DNA of 64,000 nt from Phycisphaeraceae bacterium (GTDB taxonomy: Bacteria; Planctomycetota; Phycisphaerae; Phycisphaerales; Phycisphaeraceae), in the NCBI GenBank assembly GCA_963674705.1, contig OY771506.1:1440001-1504000 (forward strand), given 5' to 3'. A program made the position numbers and the translations under genes. Numbering within the stretch: the first letter of the stretch is position 1; every line of letters begins with the position of its first letter. Below are positions 46,051-55,101 of this stretch, in pieces. The notes beneath the pieces were generated by a model. The model did no database searches, was not told where the DNA came from, and was given only the letters and a program-made list of their open reading frames with translations.

Positions 46051-46947
46051 TTATTGTTCCCCAGCGATGATTGGAGCTTGGCCGGCCGGGTCCCAGATGC
46101 GGCCGTATTCAAAGACACGAGTGGGTTTGACCCGGAAGCCAGCATCAAAGCGATAAATCTCTTCCTCGGACTTTTTACGTACTTCAGCGTGGCCGTCGCC
46201 AAACCCGAAGGTTGCTCCATCGCTGTGATACCACTTGGTTTTGTCCGCACCACCCGCACTATTGTTTCCGCCAGGAAGATCGCTGAAGAGATTTTCAAAA
46301 AAACCATCATTCACACCAATATTCGATAATCCACCAGGCAAGTTAGCGTCTTCTGCTGGACCACCCTCATCGACAATGAAAATAAAGTTAGAGGGCCGTA
46401 CGATTTTATCTGATTGTGGATATCTGGCAGTACCAACAGTGGTTGCGCCGTCTTTGATGGTTACTTGTTCAGACGGCTCCATGGATGTTATGGCTGCCCA
46501 TGATGGTTGATTTGGATTACGCCGAACATAGCGATAAAGATGGTTGCTTATGGTGTAACTCAAGCCGCTACTAAGATGTGAATACTCGTCCTCTGGACAA
46601 CTAAAGACGCCATAGTCCGGCGTATAATCCCAAATGCTGCCATCCGCCAGATCCACGGTCCCTTCGGGTAATTGAAGACTGTTGCATGGGATCCAGGCCC
46701 CCATGTGTTCATTTTTTATGTCGCTGTAAGCTAACGTAGCCCATCCGGGCCACCATCCCTGGTGATCCGTACCATATGCAACGAATGCAGTTGTTAAGTT
46801 CTTCATGTTGGCTTGGCACACGATCGCACGAGCCGACCGGCGCGCGGCACCAAGCGCCGGCAGCAAAATGCCGACCAGCAGTGCGATGATCGAAATCACC
46901 ACCAGTAGTTCGATCAGGGTAAACGCTTTCTTTTTACTAGCAATCAT
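46051..46947 (-). CDS. Prepilin-type N-terminal cleavage / DUF1559-type protein
   Basis: [25 protein letters not shown] and C-terminal HSDGATFGFGDGH. Confidence 0.9.
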   Translation of the reverse strand: MIASKKKAFTLIELLVVISIIALLVGILLPALGAARRSARAIVCQANMKNLTTAFVAYGTDHQGWWPGWATLAYSDIKNEHMGAWIPCNSLQLPEGTVDLADGSIWDYTPDYGVFSCPEDEYSHLSSGLSYTISNHLYRYVRRNPNQPSWAAITSMEPSEQVTIKDGATTVGTARYPQSDKIVRPSNFIFIVDEGGPAEDANLPGGLSNIGVNDGFFENLFSDLPGGNNSAGGADKTKWYHSDGATFGFGDGHAEVRKKSEEEIYRFDAGFRVKPTRVFEYGRIWDPAGQAPIIAGEQ

Positions 46948-47012
46948 CGTTCTCATCCTGGTGTTACTTTGTTTTTTAATACAAGCCCGCCAATGTTTAT
47001 ATAGCGATGTGA

Positions 47013-47942
47013 TTATCTGAGGTCCCATTTGTTATTGTCTGGATCAGCATCATAGTCCGTCAACTCGTCCTGCCCATAGGGATTTTCGGGATCGGCGATT
47101 GCGAAGCTATCACCGTGGCCATCGGCCCAGGCGACGTTGATCGAAGAGTTGTGTCGCGGATCGGGGAAGCCCGTGTGGTTGGTCTTGGTTGGGTAGATGT
47201 AGCCCGGGTAGACGTAGCTCATGCCGATCTTGATGTCGATGCCCCTGCCGGCAAGCGTCGTCTCGACTTTGTAGTTGCGTGAATCGGTCAGGGCGATGGT
47301 TTCGGAGGGATTGTCGACGTCGGCGGTGTTCGCGGTTGAACTGAAGACATGCCAATCGGGATGTGCGCTGTTCATGGTTGCGATCAGCGTGCGACTGCTT
47401 TGCGCCCGTGCCGCCGCATCGTTTTTCATCCCCCTGCCGTAACCGGAGCCGAGGTAGTAGACGTTGTAGCCGTACTCGCCAAAGTTCCAGCCTCGCCATG
47501 CGGTGTCACCGGGCGTTTGGCCGGCGGTCATCTGGGTGAAGTCGGAATGGGCGCGGACGCTCTCGGGAACGGGGATCGAATCGAGCGACGGGCAGTCAAA
47601 ACCGAGCGGCCCGGGCAGGTAGCCATCATCGACAAACTTGGCGGTCCACCATGCGCCCGGTTCGCCATTGGAGCCCACCGGTGCTTCCAAAAGACTCTGG
47701 GCATAGTTCACCGGCGCCAGGCTCCATCCGCCGCCGAAGATATAAATCGGGTAGTAGTCCTTGTTATCCGCGGTGTAGGCAATGATCGCGACGCCGGTTT
47801 GCCGGACGTTACTGAGGCAGACTGCTTTCTGGGCACTTTTGCGTGCGGCCCCCAAGGCCGGAAGCAGGATGCCAACGAGCAAAGCGATGATCGAAATCAC
47901 CACCAACAACTCGATCAATGTAAACGCTTTGGTTTTATGCAC
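47013..47942 (-). CDS. Prepilin-type N-terminal cleavage / DUF1559-type protein
   Basis: AFTLIELL.. and [17 protein letters not shown] start with AGGA upstream. Confidence 0.9.
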   Translation of the reverse strand: MHKTKAFTLIELLVVISIIALLVGILLPALGAARKSAQKAVCLSNVRQTGVAIIAYTADNKDYYPIYIFGGGWSLAPVNYAQSLLEAPVGSNGEPGAWWTAKFVDDGYLPGPLGFDCPSLDSIPVPESVRAHSDFTQMTAGQTPGDTAWRGWNFGEYGYNVYYLGSGYGRGMKNDAAARAQSSRTLIATMNSAHPDWHVFSSTANTADVDNPSETIALTDSRNYKVETTLAGRGIDIKIGMSYVYPGYIYPTKTNHTGFPDPRHNSSINVAWADGHGDSFAIADPENPYGQDELTDYDADPDNNKWDLR

Positions 47943-48014
47943 GGCTAAGTCCTGGTTTTCAGTTGCCTGACTGTTGCCTACCACAAGCCTGCCTAATATC
48001 AATCCAACCCCTGC

Positions 48015-48911
48015 TTATCGCAGGTCCCACTTATTATCAAGAGGATACCTCAGCGAGTCGGTCAGTTCGTCCGGACCGTAAGGGTCTTCTTCGTCTGCCA
48101 CAGCGAAGCTGTCGCCGTGGCCGTCGGACCAGTACACATTGACCGATGAGTTGTGCCGCGGATCGGCGAAGCCCCATTGCTTCGTTTTGTTCGGCGGATC
48201 GGATGCGGGGAACAGGTAACTCACACCGATCTGAATTTCAGCGCGGCCTTCCATCGATGTCTGCAACGCATAGTTGCGAGAATCTGACAAGCCGATGGTC
48301 TGCGACGCATTGTTCAGGTCCGACGAGCGAGCGGAACGTTTGTAGTCCTCGGTAATAAATGCCGTGATGGTTGGGGTGTCCTTTTTACGTAATCCCAGAC
48401 CCGAGCCGAGGAAGTACGCGTTGTAGCCATATTCTGCGAACTGCCAGCCCTCCCATGCGGTGTCGCCATCGACTTCACCAGCGGTGCATTCAGCAAAGTC
48501 GCGATGCATGTTTGCATTGGTGTTTGGGATTGGGATGGTATCCATGGTTGGGCAGTCAAACGCCAGCGGACCGGGCAGATAGTCGCTTTCCACAAGCTTG
48601 GCGGTCCACCAGGCGCCCGGGCCACTTGCATCGCTTGGGGCCTGCATCGCCCTTTGCGCATATCGATATGGCGCCATATCCCAATTATCGCTGAAGATGT
48701 ACAGCGGGAAGAAGTCATCGTTGTCGGTGCTGTATGAAACCAGTGCGATGCCTGTTTGTCGGACGTTACTCAGGCACACAGCCTTCTGGGCGCTCTGTCG
48801 TGCGGCGCTCAGCGCGGGCAGGAGGATGCCGACGAGCAGCGCGATGATGGAGATCACCACGAGCAGTTCGATCAGGGTGAAGCCGGGAACGCCGACCTTG
48901 GAACGTTTCAT
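48015..48911 (-). CDS. Prepilin-type N-terminal cleavage / DUF1559-type protein
   Basis: GFTLIELL.. and [14 protein letters not shown]. Close paralog of 47013-47942. Confidence 0.9.
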   Translation of the reverse strand: MKRSKVGVPGFTLIELLVVISIIALLVGILLPALSAARQSAQKAVCLSNVRQTGIALVSYSTDNDDFFPLYIFSDNWDMAPYRYAQRAMQAPSDASGPGAWWTAKLVESDYLPGPLAFDCPTMDTIPIPNTNANMHRDFAECTAGEVDGDTAWEGWQFAEYGYNAYFLGSGLGLRKKDTPTITAFITEDYKRSARSSDLNNASQTIGLSDSRNYALQTSMEGRAEIQIGVSYLFPASDPPNKTKQWGFADPRHNSSVNVYWSDGHGDSFAVADEEDPYGPDELTDSLRYPLDNKWDLR

Positions 48912-49259
48912 CAAATTACCTTTCACGCACTTCAAAAACATAAAAAAGATTCAACGCGAATACGAGAGCCGTAAGGCTCCAGGCTGGCTGATCGTGATAG
49001 CTGCCCTGCCGGCGTGGCGTGTGCCGAAGCGGTTTTTGCTCTCAGCATGCCCATGCCCGGGCCAAAATGAACTCGCCCTTCCAGGTAGTTCGGCCCTCTC
49101 ATCCAAAATGACCCACCATACGCTTTACGACCGACACACAAGCCAAAAGAAAAGAACAAAAGCTAAACGGCCGTTGATAATAATATAATATCCCTTTGCG
49201 CTCTCAATGCAACCCCCGACCGGGCGCTTTGTGCCGGAGAATACAGGAATAAAATCACA

Positions 49260-49844
49260 TCATTTACGCATCAAAAGAGCGAGATATTCCATATTTCCGC
49301 CCTTGCCGCCACGGATAGGCGACGAGATGTGGTGGGTCGACATAAAACCCATGTCTTCCAGCTTTTGAAGAATCTGCTCTGTCACGTGTAAAGCCTGATC
49401 GTCGTTCAGCTTCCCCTTACGCCTGCCGCCCATGGCATCGGCGGTCGCTTCGTAGTGAGGCTTGATCAGGCTGATGATCCTGGCATTTGGCGAATCACTC
49501 AGCCAGCGTGCTGCGGCCGGGATGGCGCGGTGTTGCGGGGTCCAGCCAAGGTCCACCGTGACCAGCTCGCAAGGGGCTAAGGGCTCTGTGTGCAAGGCGT
49601 TAGACCGCTCCAGAACGGTGACCCGCTCGTCCTGACGCAGCTTCCAGGCCAGTTCCCCATAAGCGGTGTCCACCGCGTAGACGTGCTTGGCGCCGTGTTG
49701 AAGCAGGCAATCTGTAAAGCCACCCGTCGAACAGCCCAAATCCGCACAGATCAGGCCCGTGGGATCGATCTGGAAAGCCTCCAAAGCGGTGTGGAGCTTT
49801 AAGCCGGCCCTGGATACGTACTTAGGAGTGTCTTGGTCGGGCAT
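49260..49844 (-). CDS. tlyA: TlyA-family RNA methyltransferase without the S4 domain
   Basis: Motifs YVSRAGLKL, DLGCSTGGFTDCLLQHGA, LIKPHYE and SPIRG.GGNMEYL. Confidence 0.85.
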   Translation of the reverse strand: MPDQDTPKYVSRAGLKLHTALEAFQIDPTGLICADLGCSTGGFTDCLLQHGAKHVYAVDTAYGELAWKLRQDERVTVLERSNALHTEPLAPCELVTVDLGWTPQHRAIPAAARWLSDSPNARIISLIKPHYEATADAMGGRRKGKLNDDQALHVTEQILQKLEDMGFMSTHHISSPIRGGKGGNMEYLALLMRK

Positions 49845-49965
49845 GATTCGGGTAATACATGGTAACGTTTTGTGGGAGGAAATATTCTTGCGGAAATTGT
49901 CGGATTATGCAGGCTATATTCATATTAACGCTTGATTTTTCGGGTTTAAGTTTTATTATGAATAT

Positions 49966-50217
49966 GCAGTAAGTCCCGAACAGGGACGAGGTGCGTTCGC
50001 CTTAAGTAGCCGTATAGGGCTCTGGCGGGCCATCAACATCGTGAGGAGGAGAACCCGAAATCTCCCTCCTTGCAATTTGCATGGGTGTTCGTTGTAATAC
50101 CCTGCGGATGTTGTGGTTAAAGCATCTCAGGTATATTTGATCCCAAGACATCCTACGGAGGGATGCTTGAACGCTGAGACGACCCGTTCCCGCTAAGGGG
50201 GCGGGTCGTGTTTTTTT
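49966..50217 (+). ncRNA. Candidate structured non-coding RNA of unassigned family
   Basis: Promoter TTGATT-16 nt-TATTAT (49932-49959), a long closing stem, three internal hairpins and a terminator at 50179-50217. Confidence 0.65.
50179..50217 (+). terminator. Intrinsic terminator
   Basis: ACGACCCG..CGGGTCGT stem followed by GTTTTTTT. Confidence 0.8.
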
Positions 50218-50248
50218 GCACATGATCTTTTGTATTGATTGATAAGAA

Positions 50249-50279
50249 GAAGCCCACGTTTTGAAAACGTGGGCTTCGG
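50249..50279. repeat. Hairpin family C, copy 2
   Basis: GAAGCCCACGTTTT-G-AAAACGTGGGCTTC, downstream of iscA. Confidence 0.8.
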
Positions 50280-50305
50280 TGTATTTTGAATGTTTATTGT
50301 CTGGA

Positions 50306-50638
50306 TCAGGCCTGGAAGCTGCTGCCGCAGCCGCAGGTGGTGGTAGCGTTGGGGTTGTTAAACACAAAGCCCCGTCCCATGATCTCGTCTTTGAAGTCGA
50401 TCGTCGTGCCGTTGAGGTACAGGTAGCTCTTGGGGTCGCAGACGATCTTGATTTCGTGCTGATCAAAGGTCTCGTCGGTATCGCGGTGCTGTTCGGTGAG
50501 GTCCAGCAGGTAGCTGAAGCCTGAGCAGCCCCCGCCCTTGACGCCGACGCGCAGGCGGACGTTTTCCGCATCGAGTTCCTGCTGCTGGATGATGGTCTTG
50601 ATCTCACGAGCAGCGGTTTCGGTGAGGGTGATTGCCAT
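50306..50638 (-). CDS. iscA: A-type Fe-S cluster carrier (IscA/HesB)
   Basis: Motifs GVKGGGCSGFSY and NPNA..TCGCGSSF. Confidence 0.93.
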   Translation of the reverse strand: MAITLTETAAREIKTIIQQQELDAENVRLRVGVKGGGCSGFSYLLDLTEQHRDTDETFDQHEIKIVCDPKSYLYLNGTTIDFKDEIMGRGFVFNNPNATTTCGCGSSFQA

Positions 50639-50732
50639 GGTGTGGTACTCCAAAAATCGTGCCGGGCGATGCCGCCGGGTTGCTGTTGATAAGCGGTGTA
50701 TTGTAGGCAACAAATCCAAAGAATGTTCGGAC

Positions 50733-51137
50733 TTAATGGTCGTGATCGTGGTCCAGTCCGTTCTTTTCCTGGTAGTCATGGATCGCGCTTTTAATCGCGT
50801 CCTCAGCCAGGACCGAGCAGTGGATCTTCACCGGCGGCAGGCTCAGTTCCTGCACGATCTCGGTGTTCTTGATCGCCAGGGCTTCCGCAATCGTTCTGCC
50901 CTTCACCCACTCGGTGGCAAGGCTCGAGCTGGCGATCGCCGAGCCACAGCCGAAGGTCTTGAACTTGGCGTCGGTGATTTTGCCGGTTTTTTCATCGACC
51001 TGGATCTGCAGCTTCATCACGTCGCCGCACTCGGGCGCGCCGACGATACCGGTGCCGACATTTTTGGCGTTCTTGTCGAGACTGCCGACGTTGCGTGGCT
51101 GTTCGTAGTGGCTTAGGACTTTGTCACTGTAGGCCAT
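50733..51137 (-). CDS. iscU: Fe-S scaffold protein IscU
   Basis: Motifs GAPECGDVM, FKTFGCGSAIASS and LPPVKIHCS. Confidence 0.97.
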   Translation of the reverse strand: MAYSDKVLSHYEQPRNVGSLDKNAKNVGTGIVGAPECGDVMKLQIQVDEKTGKITDAKFKTFGCGSAIASSSLATEWVKGRTIAEALAIKNTEIVQELSLPPVKIHCSVLAEDAIKSAIHDYQEKNGLDHDHDH

Positions 51138-51186
51138 GGGGTACTCCGTTTAGTTTTATACTGTGTGTGATTATTTGTTTTCAGGC

Positions 51187-51219
51187 AAGCCCCACGTTCG
51201 ACGAACGTGGGCTTCGGGG
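51187..51219. repeat. Hairpin family C, copy 3 (between iscS and iscU)
   Basis: CCCACGTTCG-A-CGAACGTGGGCTTCGGGG. Confidence 0.8.
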
Positions 51220-51247
51220 TTTGTATTGTTCGAGACTCCACACTAAC

Positions 51248-52468
51248 TCAGTGTGCGCCCCATTCGATCTTGCTGATGTCGATGCCTTCGAGCACCATCT
51301 CGTAGAGCGGGCTGAGCTCCAATAGCTTCTTCACTGCGGTGACGACCTTGTCGACGGTGTAGTCGACTTCTTCTTCGGTCGTGAATCGTCCCAGGCCGAA
51401 GCGGATCGAGCTGTGTGCGATTTCATCACCGAGCCCAAGCGCCTTGAGCACGTAGCTGGGTTCAAGCGATGCGCTGGTGCAGGCCGAACCGGAGCTGACC
51501 GCGATCTCTTTGATCGCCATCATCATGCTTTCACCTTCGACATAGGGGAAGCTGATGTTCGTTGTGTGCGGCAGTCGGCGCTGCTTGTTGCCATTGACGA
51601 CTGCATGTTCGAGCTGACTGACGATTCCGTTTTCAAGGCGGTCGCGCAGCGAGGACAGCCGCTTGGTTTCTGCTTCCATTTCCTGGTTGCAGATTTCGCA
51701 GGCTTTACCCAGGCCGACGATGCCTGTGACGTTGAGCGTGCCGGACCGCATGCCGCGTTCATGCCCCCCACCGTCGATGATGGGCGTCAGGCGGACGCGT
51801 GGCTTACGGCGGCGGACGTAGAGGAAACCCGCGCCCTTGGGCCCGTAGATTTTATGAGCCGAACCCGAAAGCAGATCGACGCCGGCGGCATTGACATCCA
51901 CAGGGATCTTGCCGACCGCTTGCGTCCCGTCGGTGTGCAGCAGCACGCCTTTTTCCTTGCAGATTTTGCCGATCTCCGGCAGTTCATTGATCGTGCCAAG
52001 CTCGTTGTTGGCCCACATGATCGAGACAAGGATCGTGTCGTCACGGATCGCTTCCGCAACCTGCTCAGCATAAATGATGCCGTCCGACTTCGGCTCAAGC
52101 CAGGTCACGTCATAACCCAGCTTCGCAAGGCGCTTGCAAGGATCGAGCGTGGCTTTGTGCTCGTGCACAGCAGTAATGATGTGCTTGCCCTTATCCTTAT
52201 ACATGTCAGCGGCGCCCTTGATCGCCAGGTTGTTGGATTCGGTGCTGCCGCTGGTCCAGATGATCTCTTTCGGGTCGGCGCCGATCAGGTCGGCGACCTG
52301 TTTGCGTGCAAGCTTTACGCCGTCTTCTGCTTCCCAGCCGAACTGGTGGTTACGGCTGGCGGCGTTGCCGAACTTCTCGGTGAAGTAAGGCAGCATCGCT
52401 TCAAGAACGCGCGGGTCCATCGGAGTGGTCGCGTTGTGGTCCATGTAGATTGGCAACTTCAGTGCCAT
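51248..52468 (-). CDS. iscS: Cysteine desulfurase IscS
   Basis: Motifs [23 protein letters not shown] and SSGSACTS. Confidence 0.97.
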   Translation of the reverse strand: MALKLPIYMDHNATTPMDPRVLEAMLPYFTEKFGNAASRNHQFGWEAEDGVKLARKQVADLIGADPKEIIWTSGSTESNNLAIKGAADMYKDKGKHIITAVHEHKATLDPCKRLAKLGYDVTWLEPKSDGIIYAEQVAEAIRDDTILVSIMWANNELGTINELPEIGKICKEKGVLLHTDGTQAVGKIPVDVNAAGVDLLSGSAHKIYGPKGAGFLYVRRRKPRVRLTPIIDGGGHERGMRSGTLNVTGIVGLGKACEICNQEMEAETKRLSSLRDRLENGIVSQLEHAVVNGNKQRRLPHTTNISFPYVEGESMMMAIKEIAVSSGSACTSASLEPSYVLKALGLGDEIAHSSIRFGLGRFTTEEEVDYTVDKVVTAVKKLLELSPLYEMVLEGIDISKIEWGAH

Positions 52469-52488
52469 GTGTTCGACTCCTTAGAGAA

Positions 52489-53019
52489 TCAGGCCGTTTG
52501 TCTCGGCTCGGTGTAGGGTGATTCAATTTTGTTGCGGCAGGCACAACCTCTGCCAGCAACCTTGTCTGATGAACCTGTAACCCCGGCCGGCTCCATCTTG
52601 TCTTCGTACAGGTCCTGCAGTGTCATGTCCGCCAGGAACTGATTGATCCTTTGGTGCAGCGATCGGACGGTGCCTCGGATCGGGCAGTTGGCGGACAACT
52701 CGCATCCTTGGCCCAGGACCGGCAAACGATCGGCACATTGTGTTAACCGGATCGGCCCTTCCAGTGCGGTGATTACCTCCAACAATGACAACTGGGCCGG
52801 TTCGGTCGCCAAACTATACCCACCTCGCGGTCCGCGTGTGGAAGCCAGTATCTTCGCCTGAACCAGTTCCTTCAGGATGTTCATCAACAATGGCAACGGC
52901 AACCCAAAAGTTTCGGCGATCCGTTTGGCGCTGACAGGATTGTCGCCTTGGGTTTGTTGCTCAACCAGGTACGACAGTGCTATCAGGGCGTAATCGGTTT
53001 TTCGAGTCAGTGCTAGCAT
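52489..53019 (-). CDS. Rrf2-family regulator (IscR-like)
   Basis: Motifs TDYALIAL and S.RG.RGGY.L, with three Cys (C..C....C). First gene of the isc operon. Confidence 0.9.
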   Translation of the reverse strand: MLALTRKTDYALIALSYLVEQQTQGDNPVSAKRIAETFGLPLPLLMNILKELVQAKILASTRGPRGGYSLATEPAQLSLLEVITALEGPIRLTQCADRLPVLGQGCELSANCPIRGTVRSLHQRINQFLADMTLQDLYEDKMEPAGVTGSSDKVAGRGCACRNKIESPYTEPRQTA

Positions 53020-53102
53020 AAGGTATTCCTGACAAGCCGCCTTGTGTGTATTCATGTATCCGAAATTGATAACGGATATCAATTAGGGCTAATGTTGCCC
53101 GA

Positions 53103-53131
53103 ATATTAGTATCGGATTGGTGCTGAATCAA
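53103..53131 (-). promoter_or_regulatory. isc promoter with overlapping imperfect palindrome
   Basis: Minus strand TTGATT-17 nt-TAATAT. The spacer holds TCAGCACCAATCCGATACTAA. Confidence 0.6.
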
Positions 53132-53459
53132 ATCTAATTAGAACTGTTCAAATGTCTGGGTAAAAATTACCCAATTAAATATGATAAAATATTTATATAA
53201 GTTGCCCATTAACCTGAACTTGGGTAAGGCTGGATCGAGAAAGTCACAGCAATCAAATTTTCAGATCGAGAGTTCAATCGATGAGATAATGTCTGGGCTG
53301 ATTTCGCTTATGCTGCCCAACTTCCAAGAGTCTTGGTACAGAGGTGCGAAACAGCCTTTTTTACCTTATAAAGGTCTGTCCAGTAAGGATTCGGCCTCTA
53401 CTGGGCCTGGGTCATAAGGCCCCGGCAATACCTTCAACCACTGGATCGGGAAGCAATCC

Positions 53460-54077
53460 ATGGATCGTTACAAGTGTGTTCTGTTGTTTGGCGCTCCGGG
53501 CTCGGGTAAAGGAACCCAAGGCAAAATCCTGGGCATGATACCGGGCTTTTACCACTGTGCCTGCGGGGATGTGTTCCGTAACCTCGATATCCATAGTGAA
53601 CTGGGCAAGGTCTTTTATGATTACAGCTCACGTGGCGAACTGGTCCCCGATGAGGTGACCGTCAAGATGTGGGCAGAAAACATCCACGCCCATGCGACGA
53701 TCGGGCAATACAAACCGCACGACGATCTATTAGTGTTGGACGGCATCCCGCGAACACTCGAACAGGCCAAGATCATGGAAGAGCACATCGAGGTGCTGAA
53801 GGTGATCCACCTGTCTTGTAGCGATGAGGCAAAGATGACCGAACGGCTCCGACGCCGTGCGCTCAAGTCCAACCGCCACGACGATGCGGACGTCAAAGTG
53901 ATCCGCAACCGCTGGGAAGTTTACGAACGCGAAACCGCTCCGGTCCTGCAGTATTACGCGAAAGACATCATTGCAGATGTCGACGCGATCGGCTCCCCCG
54001 CCCAGGTGCTGCACGATGTGCTGGACGTGGTCGTCCCGGCCCAGGAAGCCCACTTTGCGGCTTTCGCCGGTGGATGA
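53460..54077 (+). CDS. Adenylate kinase family protein (short LID)
   Basis: Motifs LFGAPGSGKGTQ, GDVFR, GELVPD, LDGIPRT and R.DD. Confidence 0.88.
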   Translation: MDRYKCVLLFGAPGSGKGTQGKILGMIPGFYHCACGDVFRNLDIHSELGKVFYDYSSRGELVPDEVTVKMWAENIHAHATIGQYKPHDDLLVLDGIPRTLEQAKIMEEHIEVLKVIHLSCSDEAKMTERLRRRALKSNRHDDADVKVIRNRWEVYERETAPVLQYYAKDIIADVDAIGSPAQVLHDVLDVVVPAQEAHFAAFAGG

Positions 54078-54185
54078 TTTGTATCTGAATATTAGCGTAT
54101 CGGGTATTGTGGTATAAGGCATCGATCAAGTGAACGATGCTTCGCGCAGGTGTTCTGCGCGTGCAGGGCAAGCAGAAGTAGCACG

Positions 54186-55073
54186 ATGCAAACACACCTG
54201 AAACTGGAACAACTCAACGAGAAGCATGGCATTGTCGGCGCCCTACGATTTGATACCGGCCGGGGAGGCTTGGTACGGGCGGAGGTCGATACCGACTTAT
54301 GCAAAGCTGCCATCTATCTGCACGGCGCGCACGTCAGTGAGTTTGCCCCGGTAGGGACTCAACCCGTTCTGTTTATGAGTGCGTCTTCCAACTTCGAATC
54401 GGGCAAGCCGATCAGGGGCGGCGTTCCTGTCTGCTTCCCGTGGTTCGGGCCATACGCAAGCGATCCATCCAAACCGTCGCACGGCCCAGTCCGTCTGACG
54501 GAATGGCAAGTGTTACGCACAGCTGTAGACGAAGGCGCCGTGGCGATTGAGTTGGAGGCGCAAGTCGAATCCCTCGTCATCCGGCACACAGTCAGCTTCG
54601 GGCAGGATCTGACGATGAAACTGTCTGTCCACAATACATTGCAAACCTATGCGTCGTTCGAGTCGGCATTGCATACATACCTGGCCGTTTCGGATGTCCG
54701 GCACATCCGGATCGAAGGGTTGGAAGGCGCAGCCTACCTTGACTCGATCGATGAGGATCGACTGAAGCACCAGGACGGCAACCCGATTACATTCAGTACC
54801 GAGACGGATCGGCTCTATGTCGATACCGATGCGACCTGCGTTTTATTTGATCCGGGGTTGGGGAGGAGGATTAAGGTCAGCAAGAGCGGATCGCGATCTA
54901 CGGTTGTGTGGAATCCGTGGATCGACAAAGCCGCACGGCTCGAGGACATGGGTGATGATGAATGGCCGGGGATGGTCTGTATCGAAACGGCTAACGCCGG
55001 CCCGAACGCCGTCAAACTCGCGACAGGAAAAACTCACCAGATGACTGCGACCATCAGCGTTACAGAACTGTGA
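54186..55073 (+). CDS. D-hexose-6-phosphate mutarotase (YeaD-like)
   Basis: Motifs IRGGVPVCFPWFG, HG, ALHTY, VVWNPW and VCIE. Confidence 0.92.
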   Translation: MQTHLKLEQLNEKHGIVGALRFDTGRGGLVRAEVDTDLCKAAIYLHGAHVSEFAPVGTQPVLFMSASSNFESGKPIRGGVPVCFPWFGPYASDPSKPSHGPVRLTEWQVLRTAVDEGAVAIELEAQVESLVIRHTVSFGQDLTMKLSVHNTLQTYASFESALHTYLAVSDVRHIRIEGLEGAAYLDSIDEDRLKHQDGNPITFSTETDRLYVDTDATCVLFDPGLGRRIKVSKSGSRSTVVWNPWIDKAARLEDMGDDEWPGMVCIETANAGPNAVKLATGKTHQMTATISVTEL

Positions 55074-55101
55074 TGTAACACCGCGGCAAAAAACGACGGT
55101 G

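Noticed and set aside
50002..50607. 201-aa minus-strand ORF across iscA and the candidate ncRNA
   Set aside because: It is an alternative frame of iscA with low-complexity translation, and it crosses two hairpin/terminator elements.
53181..53417. 78-aa ORF in the AT-rich gap before the adk-like gene
   Set aside because: It has atypical composition and no motif, and the gap is more likely a divergent promoter region.
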